Assembly (NCBI GenBank): GCA_051530055.1 | Contig: CM121343.1 | Location: 7,380,044 to 7,444,043 of the forward strand | Reading direction: 5' to 3' | Source of the DNA: Neoechinorhynchus agilis | Lineage: Eukaryota > Animalia > Acanthocephala | DNA length: 64,000 nucleotides | Shown here: piece after piece, positions 25,078-39,000 of the stretch | How the letters are laid out: the number at the start of each line of letters is the position of its first letter | How positions within the stretch are numbered: position 1 is the stretch's first letter | Program-made: the position numbers and the translations under genes | The notes under the pieces: model-generated | Told to the model about the DNA's origin: nothing | The model's input: only the letters and a program-made list of their open reading frames with translations | The model's database searches: none

Positions 25078-26108
25078 ATTAATAATTCAAAAAGTTCAAT
25101 ATGATTCATGTTAGAAGCTTAAAAATTCGACGGAAAGTTGTCAAGTTCATTCCACTTTAGAAAGCAAACAATAATATTAACCGTGAATTCCTAAACGTCT
25201 AAACTTGATTTACTTTTATTTTTAATATTCAACTAAGAACTATGAAAAGAGCAATAAAGTGACTGCTTTAAAACGAGCGAAATCCGATTTTAATTAAACT
25301 GTTTTAAAGATTCGTTAAAATATAGGATAACGAACTTTCACGAAGACCTTTTGAAATAGATACTGTCGCGACAGAACCAAAATTAATTGATTATTTACGA
25401 CCTTCAATTGAAAATAATTTATATTTGAACATTTGTTATAAAAAGGAATGCCAAAAGACATTTCGCCAGTGAGTGGCAAAATTTCGCAATCGCCGTAAAT
25501 CGATTGCACACACACACAATATAAAAAATCAATCGTTATTAAAAGTGTATTACTTAGAAGTCTTCGCGAACCTGGCTGGGTTCCGGGTGAAGACCTAAAC
25601 AATACATTTCTAATCACGAACCTCGGTACATCCTCACACATCAGAAATCGCTATTAATTTTAAAATAAAGAAACGATAAAATCCCTAACACATATAGACA
25701 ATATCAAAGCTTTAAATGTTCACGGATCGCACGACGGCTAGCCGGTCAATGAAGTTAGGCTAAGAAGTTGAACGTTTTACTTATAACAACTTTGGTTAAA
25801 TAATATTTGGAAATCTTCGAATTTAGTTCAAGTTAAGATATACTTAAAAATTAAGATATTTTAGAGTACTACCAAAATTTCTTTAAGTGTTTTAAGACCT
25901 TTTCAACTACTATTGATGGTTCAGGGTTATTTTAAAAATGATAAAGATTAAAAATACATGAAACCAATGAGACTGAAATTCGATACTAGGCTTCCAAATC
26001 ATCAATAAAATCTATTATGGGAAGGGAGAGGAAAGATTGTACAATTTTAAAATCGGTTCTCGGATAAAAAGCCCTCTCTCGCTTCACATAAAGATCAGAA
26101 TCAGTGGT

Positions 26109-26393
26109 TTAAGCTTTTTTACAAGGCGTTTGTCGTTTAATAGGGGACAGATTACTCATGATAAGTTCATGAATACGATGTGATTCTCCACCATCTTCTT
26201 CTTCAAAGGAGGATTCAACCATAAGATCGCCCAAATCAGAATCGAAAGATAAGGATTGTTCACTTTGGTTATCGTTGTTTAAAATTAGACTCTCGTTGGT
26301 CTTTATCCGCCCAGTTTGATCGCCCGAAGGACTAGCCGAACGAGCAGGAGATGGACGGCAACTATCGCTTGCCTTTGATCTACAATCGGGCAT
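26109..26393 (-). CDS. Possible acidic 5' exon of ARIH1
   Basis: Ser/acid-rich ORF upstream on the same strand; splice connection not established. Confidence 0.35.
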   Translation of the reverse strand: MPDCRSKASDSCRPSPARSASPSGDQTGRIKTNESLILNNDNQSEQSLSFDSDLGDLMVESSFEEEDGGESHRIHELIMSNLSPIKRQTPCKKA

Positions 26394-27139
26394 CTTAAAA
26401 GTAATGAAGATCGATTTGAGAAATAACGGTAAAATAAAAAAGTCCATTAAAACCTAAAAGTAAGCTCCCAGACAAAAAATCCATCCACCAAACCGTGACC
26501 AGAGTTCCTTTCCTTTAGGCAGCGATCTGTCATGGCGTAACCCGCATTTTCGAATCGATCGTTATAGTGGAAAACCTATAAACCGATTATTGCTCAATCG
26601 GGCAACTTCCTCTAAGATGGCATTAGGTGAAAATAGAGATAAAATAATATCAAGTACAATTCCATTAAGTGAACAAAAAAGCAAACTATCAATAAAAAGA
26701 GAAACTTCACAACAAACACAAAACTTAAGAAAATCAACCTCCACCAACTTTTTGAACAAAAATAATTCCGAATACGTTCACTTTGATTGATGCCAATAGT
26801 AACGGTGATCCCGTTGCAATAAACGTAACGGAAGAATTGTTTTAGCGTTTAGGAATAAATTGTCAAGCAATTTTTGATTATCGATGAAAATCATGGCATG
26901 AGTTCATGAAAGGAAGAGCGCGCCCCTTTTGCAATGAAATTACAAGAATTCGACGTTGAAATATTTTCAACTTCAAGGGGCTTGTCCTTCAGTATAACAT
27001 TCGGGTGACAAGTAATCCTCCAGTGGCGATTCACACCCCGAGAGTCAGTTTTATTTCGTAATATTTCGTGGGCCATAGCCACCTTTTCAAATTAGCCTAT
27101 TTCCGATTATTCTGCATGGCTCGGGATCGCGGGATGCTA

Positions 27140-29056
27140 GCTTCTTCGAATCATCCAAGGAAACCGATCAGCAGAAAAGTCTATCAATTCCGCTCTTCTA
27201 TAGTGTTTTTATGATCCGACGTTGAAACATTCTCAAGTTTTTGGTAGCTTCGAATCATTTAAGGAAACCGATCTCCTGAAAAATCTATCAATTCCGCGCT
27301 TCTATAGTAATTTTATAATCCGAGTATGAAACATTCTCAACTTTATGGTAGCTTCTTCGAATCATCCAAGGAAACCGATCAGCAGAAAAGTTTATCAATT
27401 CCGCTCTTCTATAGTGTTTTCGTGGTCCGACGTTGAAACATCCTTCAAGTTTTTGGTAGCTTCGAATCATCCAAGGAAACTGATCAGCTGAAAAGTCTAT
27501 TAATTCCGCTCTTCTATAGTGTTTTTATGATCCGACGTTGAAACATTCTCAAGTTTTTGGTAGCTTCGAATCATTTAAGGAAACCGATCTCCTGAAAAAT
27601 CTATCAATTCCGCGCTTCTATAGTAATTTTATAATCCGAGTATGAAACATTCTCAACCTTATGGTAGCTTCTTCGAATCATCCAAGGAAACCGATCAGCA
27701 GAAAAGTCTATCAATTCCGCTCTTCTATAGTGTTTTTACAATCGGAGGATTAAACATTCTCAATTTTTTTGTAGCTTCTTCGAATCATCCAAGGAAACGA
27801 ATCAGCTGAAAAATCTATCAATTCCGCTCTTCTATAGCGTTTTTATAATCCGTGGCTGAAACATTCTCAACTTTTTGGTAGCTCCTTCGAATCACATAAC
27901 GAAACCGATCAGCTGAAAAGTCTATCCATTTCGCTCTTCTATAGTGTTTCTATAATCCGACGTTGAAACATTCTCAACATTTGGTAGCTTCTTCGAATCA
28001 TCCAAGGAAACCAATCAGCTGAAAAATCTATCAATTCCGCTCTTCTATAGTGTTTTTATGATGCGACGTTGAAACATTCTCAACTATTTGTAGCTTCCTC
28101 AAATCATCCAAGGAAACAAATCAGCTGAAAAGTCTATGAATTCCGCTCTTCAATAGTGTTTTTATGATCCGACATTGAAACATTCTCACCTTTTTGGTAG
28201 CTTCTTCGAATCATTTAAGGAAACTGATCAGCGTAAAAGTCTATCAATTCCGCCCTTCTATAGTGTTTTTATGATCCGACGTTGAAACATTCTCAAGTTT
28301 TTGGTAGCTTTTTCGAATCGTGCAAATAAACCGATCAGATTAAAAGTCTATCAATTCCGCTCTTCTATAGTGTTTTTATAATCCGAGGCTGAAACATTCT
28401 CAACTCTTTGGTAGGTTCTTCGAATCATCCAAGGAAACCGATAAGCTGAAATGTCTATTAATTCCGCTCTTCTACAGTGTTTTTATAATCCGAGGCTGAA
28501 ACATTCTCAAGTTTTTGGTAGCTTCTTCGAATCATCCAAGGAAACCGATCAGCTGAAAAATCTATCAATTCCGCGCTTCTACACTGTTTTTATAAGCCGC
28601 GTATGAAACATTCTCAACTTTTATGTAGCTCCTTCGAATCATCCAAAGAAACCGATCAGCTGAAAAGTCTTTCAATTCCGTTCTTCTATAGTGTTTTTAT
28701 TATCCGACACTGAAACATTCTCAACTTTTTGGTAGCTTTTTCGAATCATCCTAGGAAACCGATCTGCTGAAAAGTCTATCAATTCCGCTCTTCTATAGTG
28801 TTTTTATTATCCGACGCTGAAACATTCTCAACTTTTTGGTAGCTTCTTCGAATCATCCAAGGAAGCCGATCACCTGAAAAGTCTATCAATTCCGCTCTTC
28901 TATAGTGTTTTTATAATCCGAGGATTAAACATTCTCAACTTTCTGATAGCTTCTTTGAATCATCCAAGGAAGCCAATGAGCCTAAAAGTCTATCAATTTC
29001 GCTCTTCTATAGTGTTTTTATAATCCGAGGCTGAAACATTCTCAACCTTTTGGTAG
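27140..29056. repeat. Satellite, ~106-bp unit, ~18 copies (left arm)
   Basis: Recurrent gaatcatccaaggaaaccgatcagctgaaaagtctatcaattccgctcttctatag at 104-107 bp spacing. Confidence 0.95.
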
Positions 29057-31681
29057 TGTAATGGAAATGATTATTCTTTCCGCGCTAAACTTACCACTCA
29101 ACTCCACTTACCATTTGACGTGCGTTTATTTTACTGTATTTAAAGCGCATTTCATTGCTTCAACGCATTCATTGTTACACCACAGTTTAATTACAGTAAA
29201 GTCTCTTCTATTTGCCAAACATGGAACGTGTTCTCTGTCCGGAGAAACTTGCGGCCGAACGCGGGAAGAGATTACAAGTATTGGAAAACAACTTTCAGTA
29301 ATTTTCTCGAGTCTAAGAAAGAGGAGAAACCAGACAAATTATTCTGTTTAGTGAGGTTTGTCGGTCCCGCTGTGTTCGAACTAATTGCAGATCAAGAAGC
29401 CTTCGCCTCGGCTATTGCGGTCCTGGACAGTTTATACATCAAAACCACAGACAGCGTATTCGCTCGCCATCAATTGGCCACAAAAATGCAGCAAGCGGAC
29501 GAATCGATTTATTATTTTGTCCAACAACCCCATAAACTAAGTAAAAAATGTGCGTTGGTCAAAGTGACTGCTGAAGAATATCAAATGGACCTGGTGCGCG
29601 ATGCTTTTATTAATGGCATCAAATCTTCTCTCATTCGACAAAGATTACTTGAGAGACCATCTTTAGACCTCAACGAAGCTGTAGACATCGCCAAGTCTCT
29701 CGACTCCGCCCAAAGGAATGCAGAAACGTAAAAAAAGATTTCCATGGCATGGCCGCAGCGATAGATACTGAATTGACACCGAGTGAGAAATACTTTAACT
29801 GTCCTGAAGAACAATCTGCTGCCGTAACTACAAAACAGTGTTGTTTTTGTGGACGTGATCCGCACTCACGACAACGTTGTCCTGCCAAAGGCGCCGAATG
29901 CAGGAATTGTGGTAAAGTGGGACATTGGGCGAAAGTTTGTAAGTCAAAAGGAAAGCGTCTTGCGATTGCTACTCTAGCGACTTCTATTAAGTATGTACAA
30001 AATTATCATATACTTTCAGACGTTACCACTCTAGTTTACATCAATGGCCAACAATTGGCGGCAGTCATAGATTCCGGAAGTTCATGTAGCTTTATTCACT
30101 CAGATGCTGCCCGACGCTGTAACCTACAATTGATACCTACGTCCGGATATATCAGCCTCGCCTCTAATGCTCATTGTCAGACTATTACTGCATTGTGTGT
30201 TGCGAAAATGGAGTTGGGCAAACGTACCTATTCAGGAACCCATCTTAATGTCCTGGAGAATCTATGCTCTGATATTATTCTTGGCTTAGATTTTCAAAGG
30301 AAACATAAGAGTGTCAAGTTTGTATTTGGTGGGTCTGCCGAGGAACTCCTAGTTTCTCCGAAGGTGAATGTGTGTAATTTGCTCAAGACCTACTTACTCG
30401 AGACGCCATTATTTGACTCCATACCCAAAGTCATAAAACCTGTCGCTACGAAGTCGCGAACGTACTGCAAAGCCGATCGCGATTTTATCGCAGCCGAAGT
30501 TGACAGGTTGCTACGGGAAGGAGTCATCGAAAAGTGTAGATCACCATGGCGTGCTCAAGTTGTAATAGTACGTTCTGAAGATGATCCCAAACGATCTCGG
30601 ATGTGTATCGATTATTCTCAAACCGTTAATAGATTCACTTCGCTCGATGCTTATCCTCTACCAAATATGCATGAATTAATTAACCAGATAGCACAATATA
30701 GGATTTTTCGACTTTTGACCTCAAAAATGCTTACCACCAAGTGGGCATCGCTGAGGACGAAAGGCAATGTACTGCATTTGAGGCGAATGGCCACCTGTAT
30801 CAGTATACTCGAATACCCTTCGGTGTGACGAATGGTGTATCGGCCTTCCAAAGCGCAATGGACAACATGATTTTGGAAGATGGATTGAAAAATACGTTCG
30901 CATATCTCGATAATGTGACCATAGTGGGTGCAGACCAGGAGGAACACGATAAGCACGTCAAACGATTCCTAGATGCGGCAAATAAACGAAAACTTACCCT
31001 CAATCAAGCAAAGACTATAAGTTCGGTGGAATCACTAAACTTACTGGGATACAATATCTCTAAGGGCATCATAACTCCTGACCCAGAAAGATTACGACAT
31101 TGATGGAGATGCCTCGACCAAATGATCTCCCAAGTCTACGACGAATGATACGCCTCTTCGCATATTATTCGAAATGGATCTCCCAATTCGCTGATAAGAT
31201 GAAACCACTTTACGAGTGTCAGTCTTTCCCGTTAAGTGCAATGGTAGTCGAGGCAATCTAGATGCTAACCCTCATTATGCCCACGTTAAGCTTGCAAATG
31301 GCAACGAGTGCACGGTTTCAACACGTGATCTAGCTCCCCTCCCTTCAGATAAATCAATAACAATAGAGCCCGAAACGATTTTTGAGGAAAAAGAATCAAG
31401 TGAATCAAAGGAACCCCAAGAAAGTGATGTTACTGAGGTCGATTCGAACGTAAAACCATCTGAGGAGGACATTTGTTCCAACTACGTTGAGAAGGTCAAC
31501 TCGTATCAGACGCAAACCTGAAAGATTTCGAGTAGATTTTAAGGAGGGGAGAATGTAATGGAAATGATTATTCTTTCCGCGCTAAACTTACCACTCAACT
31601 CCACTTACCATTTGACGTGCGTTTACTTTACTGTAATTAAAGCGCATTTCATTGCTTCAACACATTCATTGTTACGCCACT
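29057..31681 (+). mobile_element. Gypsy LTR retrotransposon, internally deleted; 128-bp LTRs 29057-29184 and 31554-31681; TSD GGTAG
   Basis: gag with CCHC knuckle, protease VIDSGS, RT YLDNVTI; PPT aaggaggggagaa at 31541-53. LTRs differ at 5 of 128 positions; RNase H and integrase largely missing. Confidence 0.93.
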
Positions 31682-33075
31682 GGTAGCTTCATCAAATCAT
31701 CCAAGGAAACCCATCATCTTACAATTCTATCAGTTCCGCGCTTCTGTAGTATTTTTATAATGCGACGTTGAAACATTCTCAACCTTTTGGTAGCTTCATC
31801 GAATCATCCAAGGAAACCGATCAACTGAAAGGTCTATCAATTCCGCTCTTCTACACTGTTTTTATAATCTGACTTTTAAACATTCTCAACTTTCTGGTAG
31901 CTTCTTCGAATCATCCAACGAAACCGATCAGCTGAAAAGTCTATCAATTCCGCTCTTCTATAGCGTTTTTATAATCCGTGGCTGAAACATTCTCAACTTT
32001 TTGGTAGCTCCTTCGAATCACATAACGAAACCGATCAGCTGAAAAGTCTATCCATTTCGCTCTTCTATAGTGTTTTTATGATCCGACGTTGAAACATTCT
32101 CAACTTTTATGTAGCTTCTTCGAATCATCCAAGGAAACCAGTCAGCTGAAAAGTCTACAAATTCCGCGCTTCTGTAGTGTTTCTATAATCCGACGTTGAA
32201 ACATTCTCAACCTTTTGGTAGCTTCATCGAATCATCCAAGGAAACCGATCAGCTGAAAATTTTATCAGTTCCGCTCTTCTATCGTATTTTTATAATCCGA
32301 CGTTGAAACAATCTCAACTTTTTTTAGCTTCTTCGAATCATCCAAGGAAACCGATCAGCTGAAAAGTCTATCAATTCCGCGCTTCTATAGTGTTTTTATA
32401 ATCCGAGTATGAAACATTCTCAACTTTATTGTAGCTTCTTCGAATCATCCAAGGAAACCGATTAGCTGAAAAGTCTATCGATTTCGTTCTTCTATAGTGT
32501 TTTTATGATCCGACGTTGAAACATTCTCAACTTTTATGTAGCTTCTTTGAATCATCCAAGGAAACCGATCAGCTGAAAACTCTATCAATTCCGCTCTTCA
32601 ATGGTGTTTTTATAATCTGAGGATTAAACATTCTCAACTTTATGGTAGCTTCTTCGAATCATCCAAGGAAACCGATCAGCTGAAAAGTCTCTCAATTCCG
32701 CGCTTCTGTAGTGTTTTTATAATGCGACGTTGAAACATTCTCAACCTTTTGGTAGCTTCATCGAATCATCCAAGGAAACCGATCAACTTAAAATTCTATC
32801 AGTTCCGCTCTTCTATCGTATTTTTATAATCCGACGTTGAAACAATCTCAACTTTTTTGGTAGCTTCTTCGAATCATCCAAGGAAACCGGTCAGCTGAAA
32901 AGTTTATCAATTCCGCGCTTCTATAGTGTTTTTATAATCCGAGGCTGAAACATTCTCAACTTTTTGGTAACTTCTTCGAATTATCCAAGGAAACCAATCA
33001 ACTGAAAAGTCTATCAATTCCGCTCTTCTATAGTGTTTTTATAATCCGAGGATTAAACATTCTCAACTTTTTGGT
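31682..33075. repeat. Satellite, ~106-bp unit, ~13 copies (right arm)
   Basis: Same monomer resumes in phase after the TSD. Confidence 0.95.
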
Positions 33076-33076
33076 G

Positions 33077-34800
33077 TGCTGGAAGATTAGACCCAGAATG
33101 TGAAGCGATGTGACGCGTTGGATATCGAGAGGGAGCGGTGGAATATCAGTCCTAGGTTTTCGAAGCGACGGAATAAGTTCATACGATTTGGAGAAATTAT
33201 TTGAGAGTTGATGGGTGGTGCAATCTCTGCGGACGTGAGGCTGAGCGAGAGTGATGGAGGAGCATGGGTTATGATGGTTAGGTCGTTCGCATAGAAGAAA
33301 TATCTAGCGGACGTTGAGAGGGGTGTAAGGTCGCTGAGGAAGATATCGAAAAGTAAGGGCGATAGTATAGCTCCTTGTGGCACACCGCAATGTATGGGAA
33401 GCTTCGTTGAGCAGGTATTGCCGCATTGAAAATATTGTGACCGGTTTACGAGGAAAGAAGTGAGCCAAAGCCAAATTTCTCGCAGGCCTTAACGAGAAGA
33501 TCGTGATCCACGGAGTCAAAGGCCTTGGCAAGATCCACCTGGATGAGGCGACAAACGAAAGACGGTTCTTGGTCAAGATTGCGCAGAATTGAATCGCAAA
33601 TGCACAATAGGGCGTTGGTACAACAGAATCCTGGTCGGATGCCGAATTGGCTAGACGAAATGTTTTGTAAAAAGATGGGGAGGATGCGAGTTTTGAAACA
33701 TTTTTCAACAATTTTAGAAAACGGCGAGAGTAGAGATATAAGGCGAAAAGATGTCGGAGAAACGGGTTTCCCCGCCTTAGGGATTGGAATGATGCCAGCG
33801 GTCTTCAGGCAGTCTCGAAAAATCCCCGTTTCAAAGCTAGAATTGATGATCTGAGCTAGAGGCTCAAAGATCAAGGAAATGATAATGCGAATGGCCCAGT
33901 TGGGAATCGGAGCGTAAGGGGATGATGTACGTGGTAGTTTTTTGAGGAGTAGGAATACCTCAAGAGTGGAGACGCGTGAAAAAGGAGCACAGGTCATATC
34001 GTCACGATCGTCGCAGGGGCGTACGACGCTTGTGTCAGTGGAAAATTTGGGAGGGCACATGGTAGCGTTCATGGAGTTGAGGGTGTTTTCAAGCTGACAT
34101 TTATGCAGATTGACGAAAGGCTGAGATCTGTAAAGGCAATTTTTGATCTCGCTCCACCAGGAACGATTAGGGGATGACGGTAGTTTGGAAAAAGGAAGTT
34201 TTTGCGAGCGTGAAGAAGGCGCTCAGTGAATCTCTTGTGGAGTTCTGGGTAATCGGGATGTCGGGAGCGAAAGGACTTTTGCACCTTGTCTTGCAGTGAT
34301 TTTAGTAAAGGTGAAAACCATGGTGGATCACGATTCGATATACGAATCATTTTCCGAGGGAAATAGATGCACATGCAATGGACTAAAGTATTGTGCAATG
34401 CCGCCATGGCTTTAGACGGGTCGTTGCTGTATATAGAACTTCGGATTCCGGGTAGGGCATCCCATACCTTGTTGAAGAAGGAGTGAAAGTGATGCTTACG
34501 TTTATCCCAGATCGGGAAAGGGTCGGAGGACTGTCGCTTCGGAGGAACAATTGGTCTAAGGAGGATGGTGCAGTGATCCGAGGTCGCGACGGGTGGGAGT
34601 TTAATGGGAACGGAATATTTGGCTATATTGGTAAAGATTTTATCTAGTTTGGATGAACCACGCGAGGGAAAGTTTACTAGTTGTAAGAGAGCAGAGAGTG
34701 ACGGTGGAGCAGGGAGACGGTTGAAGTCTCCTGAGTCATGAAGTGTTGAGAATTTAACGATAGTTTGTCATTAATTAAGGTATCGATTTGTTCAGATGTT
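33077..34800 (-). mobile_element. CR1/L2-like non-LTR retrotransposon fragment (RT), frameshifted
   Basis: FRLISLLSPFSKIVE, QFGIRPG, DLAKAFDSVDH, PQGAILSPLLF, YANDL. Confidence 0.85.
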
Positions 34801-35319
34801 GCGGCAGTAGGTGAGGCATGGGGCGATAAACACCGGCAAAATTTATTTCACGGCTGCTGATACGAAGAGAAAGTTGAAGGTGAACCCATTCGAGATGTTC
34901 TGATAGGCGTACGGTAAGGAGGACGATGTTGTGCCGGCTATGCAAGGACGAAGGACGGACAACGTCCTACGTTGGCAAGACGGAAAGAGCATTACGTTCA
35001 CGTGTGACGGAACACGTGCGTAATGCGCGCAATCCGACAGGTCCGTCATACCGATCGACCCCATGGGCTACCCATTTCGCTACCTCTCACGTTGGTGCCA
35101 GCACAGCCTTCGAGATTGAGGTGATACACCGGGCATCCGATCCTGTGGATCTCTCGATTGCCGAGGCGCTATGCATTAATCGTGGGAGAGTAGTTGGATT
35201 GAGTGGGGTTACGAGCAGCAAGGACAGACACAACGAGGCAGAGGGGATGCTCAATAAGAGGGATGAGCTGACGGACAGCGTTGCCCTCCTCTGATTCCTT
35301 TTCAGATAACCGAAGAAAA

Positions 35320-35358
35320 GCTTCCTGACGAAGACGCAAGGCGTCGAAAATTTGAAGT
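35320..35358 (+). ncRNA. Minimal type I hammerhead ribozyme of the PLE pseudo-LTR (5' copy)
   Basis: GCTTC-CTGACGA-A-GACGC-AAG-GCGTC-GAAA-AT-TT-GAAGT, with palindromic AATT stem III. Confidence 0.75.
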
Positions 35359-38186
35359 AAGAAATAAATAAAACACCCATTTTTCGTTCGATAATAAATC
35401 TGGAATAAAACATGAGGGTGTTGGGAAAAGAAGCTTTCCATAATATTATGAACATGCGGTTAAACGGACCGACTTTTCGAGCCTCTACAAACTTCTTCGC
35501 GACTCTGGAAAGGATAAAGATTTTGGAGCAACGGATCATTTTTCTGCGAAGATGTGTCTCCAGGCATGTTATTCCCGCTTTCGTTAACAGAATGGTCTAT
35601 ATGAGGGGCAAGCTGGTCAACAGGCGGTCGATTCGTCCTACGTTGGAGAAACTTAGAGAACAATGCCTAATGATGAGCTTGAGGAACTCTAGGGAGTCAT
35701 TGCATTTTCTCAAGCGGAATTTGTTCAAGCATAGTGAGGAACTGCGCTCGTTGTGTTCAACAGGATGCTTGGAACGAATTATGGAGATGATCGATAGAAG
35801 CGTAATAACAACTAAGCAAGTTACGAAGAGTCGTCTTAAAGCTAAGTTTGACTGACTCATAGAACGCTCAAACGTAGCTGAGGATTTTCAAAAACGTGAC
35901 GCAAATATCGAAATTACAGTTGATAGCCACAGTCCAGTGCACGATAAATGCACCGAAATTAGCGCTGGAACTTTGGCATCTGCCCAGAAGGATGTCCTGT
36001 AGAGAGGACCGGCATTTGTTCCAAGACGTAAGTTCGCGGAACGAGAAACCTTTGAGCTTCAGATTGACGTTGCGAGGCTGGCCTATCAACTACGTTGGAA
36101 ATCAAACACGGAGAGATATGAACGATCGCTTCCTACTGCAACTGGGATGAACTCTATTTCTGAAACTTCCCCGAGGAAGAGATTTTCTTTTGAAGGCAAG
36201 TTCGTTGTTGCTCCTCGAGCAGATGACAATATTGAGAGGAATTTGGTGTGTTTTCTAGAGAAACTTGAATTTATATGCCAGACTCAAATAAGGAGAACAT
36301 CTTCAAACAATCTTCCTGACGCTCAAATGCAGGCACTAAAGGACATCAAAAAGTCTACTTAAGAAAAGACGATGAGGGTGTCTGTCAGTGACAAAGGTGG
36401 CGAATTGGTTGTTCTGACGAAGCATTATGAAGACGAAATGATGATGAAATTGATTTCCGATGAATCGCTATATAAGCCCGAAACGGAGGACGATTCCGAT
36501 GAGAAACGATGCAGTTTGAACGAAGCTTTTCGCAGGATAGTCGCGCGTAGGAACCTTACGAGAATGCACGCATTTACCCAAGGGCCCTTAGGTACCCCAG
36601 TTCTATATGCGATGGAAAAGACCCATAAGATGCCGAAGGTCTTATTGAGAGGAGACCAGCTCAAATGCAGACCAATTGTATCTACAATAAATGGACCAGC
36701 ATATAGGATATCCAAACTGCTAGCCAAGATGTTGGCTCCTTTGGTTGGAGATGGGCCAGCATACGTTAAAAATACGCGCGGACTGACAGAAACATTGGAA
36801 TCGAGGCAAGATATCCTGCAACGATCTAAAGTGATGTCCTTCGATTTCCAAAGCTTATATACGAATGTCGACACTGAAGCCGCAATTGATACATTGGCCA
36901 GTAAGTTGCAAGAACGTCGGACAAACTTGTTCGGAATGGAACCTTCTGATGTGTTGATGCTCACACGTCTGGTCCTTCAATGCAACCTTTTTCGATTCCG
37001 AAATCAACTGTATCGTCAAGTACGTGGTCTCTCGATGGGCAACAGTCTTGCGCCAGTCTTGGCTAATCTATTCCTCGATGGCTTAGAGGGGCAGCACATT
37101 TTTCCACATCTTTCGTCGAGTCAAATCTATCTCCGATATGTGGATGATGTGCTGCAAGCTATTCAATGGATTTAGCAGGTCGCATCAAGGTTACGCGGGA
37201 TAAACCAAGTGACTATCTACCGTTCCTGAACCTCTGTTTTATGGTGAATGACCCAATAACAAGAACATGGTACAGGAAGCCATGCAAGAAAGATCTGGTC
37301 CTTCATCGTGAGTCTCACCATCCATGGATCATCAAGGAATCTATCTTCACAGAAATGTGGAAAACAGCAAGGATATGTGCTTCGACGGATCATGGAAAAC
37401 ACGAGGCGGAGGAGCGGATAAAGCAACTGTTCGCTGGTAATGGGTATTCCAGCAAGGACATTACCAGGTTGACGGCTGGTGCGATGAAAAAAGAGAAAAG
37501 ATTCGATCGAAGAAGTAGATTAGCAGAGGAAAGTCTACCAGTCCTAAAAGTGCCATTCGTCGATGAAGGATTCATGACCGAAGTCAAGAAAGTATTGCGG
37601 AAATGCAAGTTAAAAGCGCGAGTTGTCCACAGGATAGGGCCATCACTCAGACAGATTTTGACGCAGACCGAGCACCACGAGGATCAAAATCGTTGTCCGA
37701 AGGCATGTCTGATGTGCCACCATTGCAGCCCTTCAAGGAACGAAGGACGATTCCTCGGACCGTCTTGTCAATCAACATGCGTGGTATATAGGATGTTGTG
37801 CCGGCTATGCAAGGACGAAGGACGGACAACGTCCTACGTTGGCAAGACGGAAAGAGCATTACGTTCACGTGTGACGGAACACGTGCGTAATGCGCGCAAT
37901 CCGACAGGTCCGTCATACCGATCGACCCCATGGGCTACCCATTTCGCTACCTCTCACGTTGGTGCCAGCACAGCCTTCGAGATTGAGGTGATACACCGGG
38001 CATCCGATCCTGTGGATCTCTCGATTGCCGAGGCGCTATGCATTAATCGTGGGAGAGTAGTTGGATTGAGTGGGGTTACGAGCAGCAAGGACAGACACAA
38101 CGAGGCAGAGGGGATGCTCAATAAGAGGGATGAGCTGACGGACAGCGTTGCCCTCCTCTGATTCCTTTTCAGATAACCGAAGAAAA

Positions 38187-38225
38187 GCTTCCTGACGAAG
38201 ACGCAAGGCGTCGAAAATTTGAAGT
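38187..38225 (+). ncRNA. Minimal type I hammerhead ribozyme of the PLE pseudo-LTR (3' copy)
   Basis: Identical to 35320-35358. Confidence 0.75.
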
Positions 38226-39000
38226 AAGAAATAAATAAAACACCCATTTTTCGTTCGATAATAAATTAACCTCTTGAATTCGTCCGCTTGGAGAATTTCT
38301 TCACCCAGTTGTTTGAACTGTTATTTGTTCATCACAGGTGCATTGATCTCTTTGAGTCTACTCAACATCTTATCCGTTACATTCGAAACCCAATTTCTTC
38401 CTTTCATAATCGCCCTATTGCAACTTAAAAGAAGCATCTAGAGCGTCAATTAGAGAACAATCACAGTATCCTAAGGTAAACGGAGGAGGAATGGTGTAAT
38501 ATCCTGATGCTGCAGATTGAGAACATGGCCGATATTGAAACTAAGAAGATTAAAAGCAGACACTCCAGCAAACAGGTAATTTTGTTGACAACAAATCTGA
38601 CTATAAACTCAGTCTGCGAGTCCCACCGGATAAACTATTAGACAATGCTTCTTCTAAATTGTACATTGACTGAAGAAGGCCAACGGAAATTTCGGAATCA
38701 AACATCGCTAAATGAAACTGAAACTATAATGAATAATTTCTCTACAAAAATGATTTATACAGTGAGTATTTCTCCATCCCTGTTCTTATATTGTCAATAA
38801 TGGAATAATGGACGTAGAAAATGGTAATATCGCTTTGAATCCAGAATGGACTTATTACCCCCATCAATTTTTACTTTCGTTAAAATTAGAGCACACAATT
38901 ATCGAATTTTCCATTCGGATATTAATTCGAATAGGGAGTTTCTTCGACGGATTCGTTCTCAAAACGTAATCTCCGCAAAGTTTAAAACACACTTTATACT

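Larger units (their letters stand above)
34925..38266 (+). mobile_element. Penelope-like element (RT plus GIY-YIG) with 475-bp pseudo-LTRs (34925-35399, 37792-38266); ORF 35412-38161 disrupted
   Basis: RT motifs CRPIVS, SFDFQSLYTNV, GLSMGNSLAPVLANLF, YLRYVDD; GIY-YIG VVYRMLC..C...YVGKTERALRSRVTEH. In-frame stops at 35853, 36000, 36360 and a frameshift near 37170. Confidence 0.93.

Noticed and set aside
27140-33075. CRISPR-like array
   Set aside because: Whole monomers repeat with no unique spacers; eukaryotic satellite.
35853-36362. In-frame stops in the Penelope ORF as selenocysteine recoding or an alternative genetic code
   Set aside because: The stops are one each of TGA, TAG and TAA, plus a frameshift; host genes use all three as ordinary stops. 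Decay is simpler.
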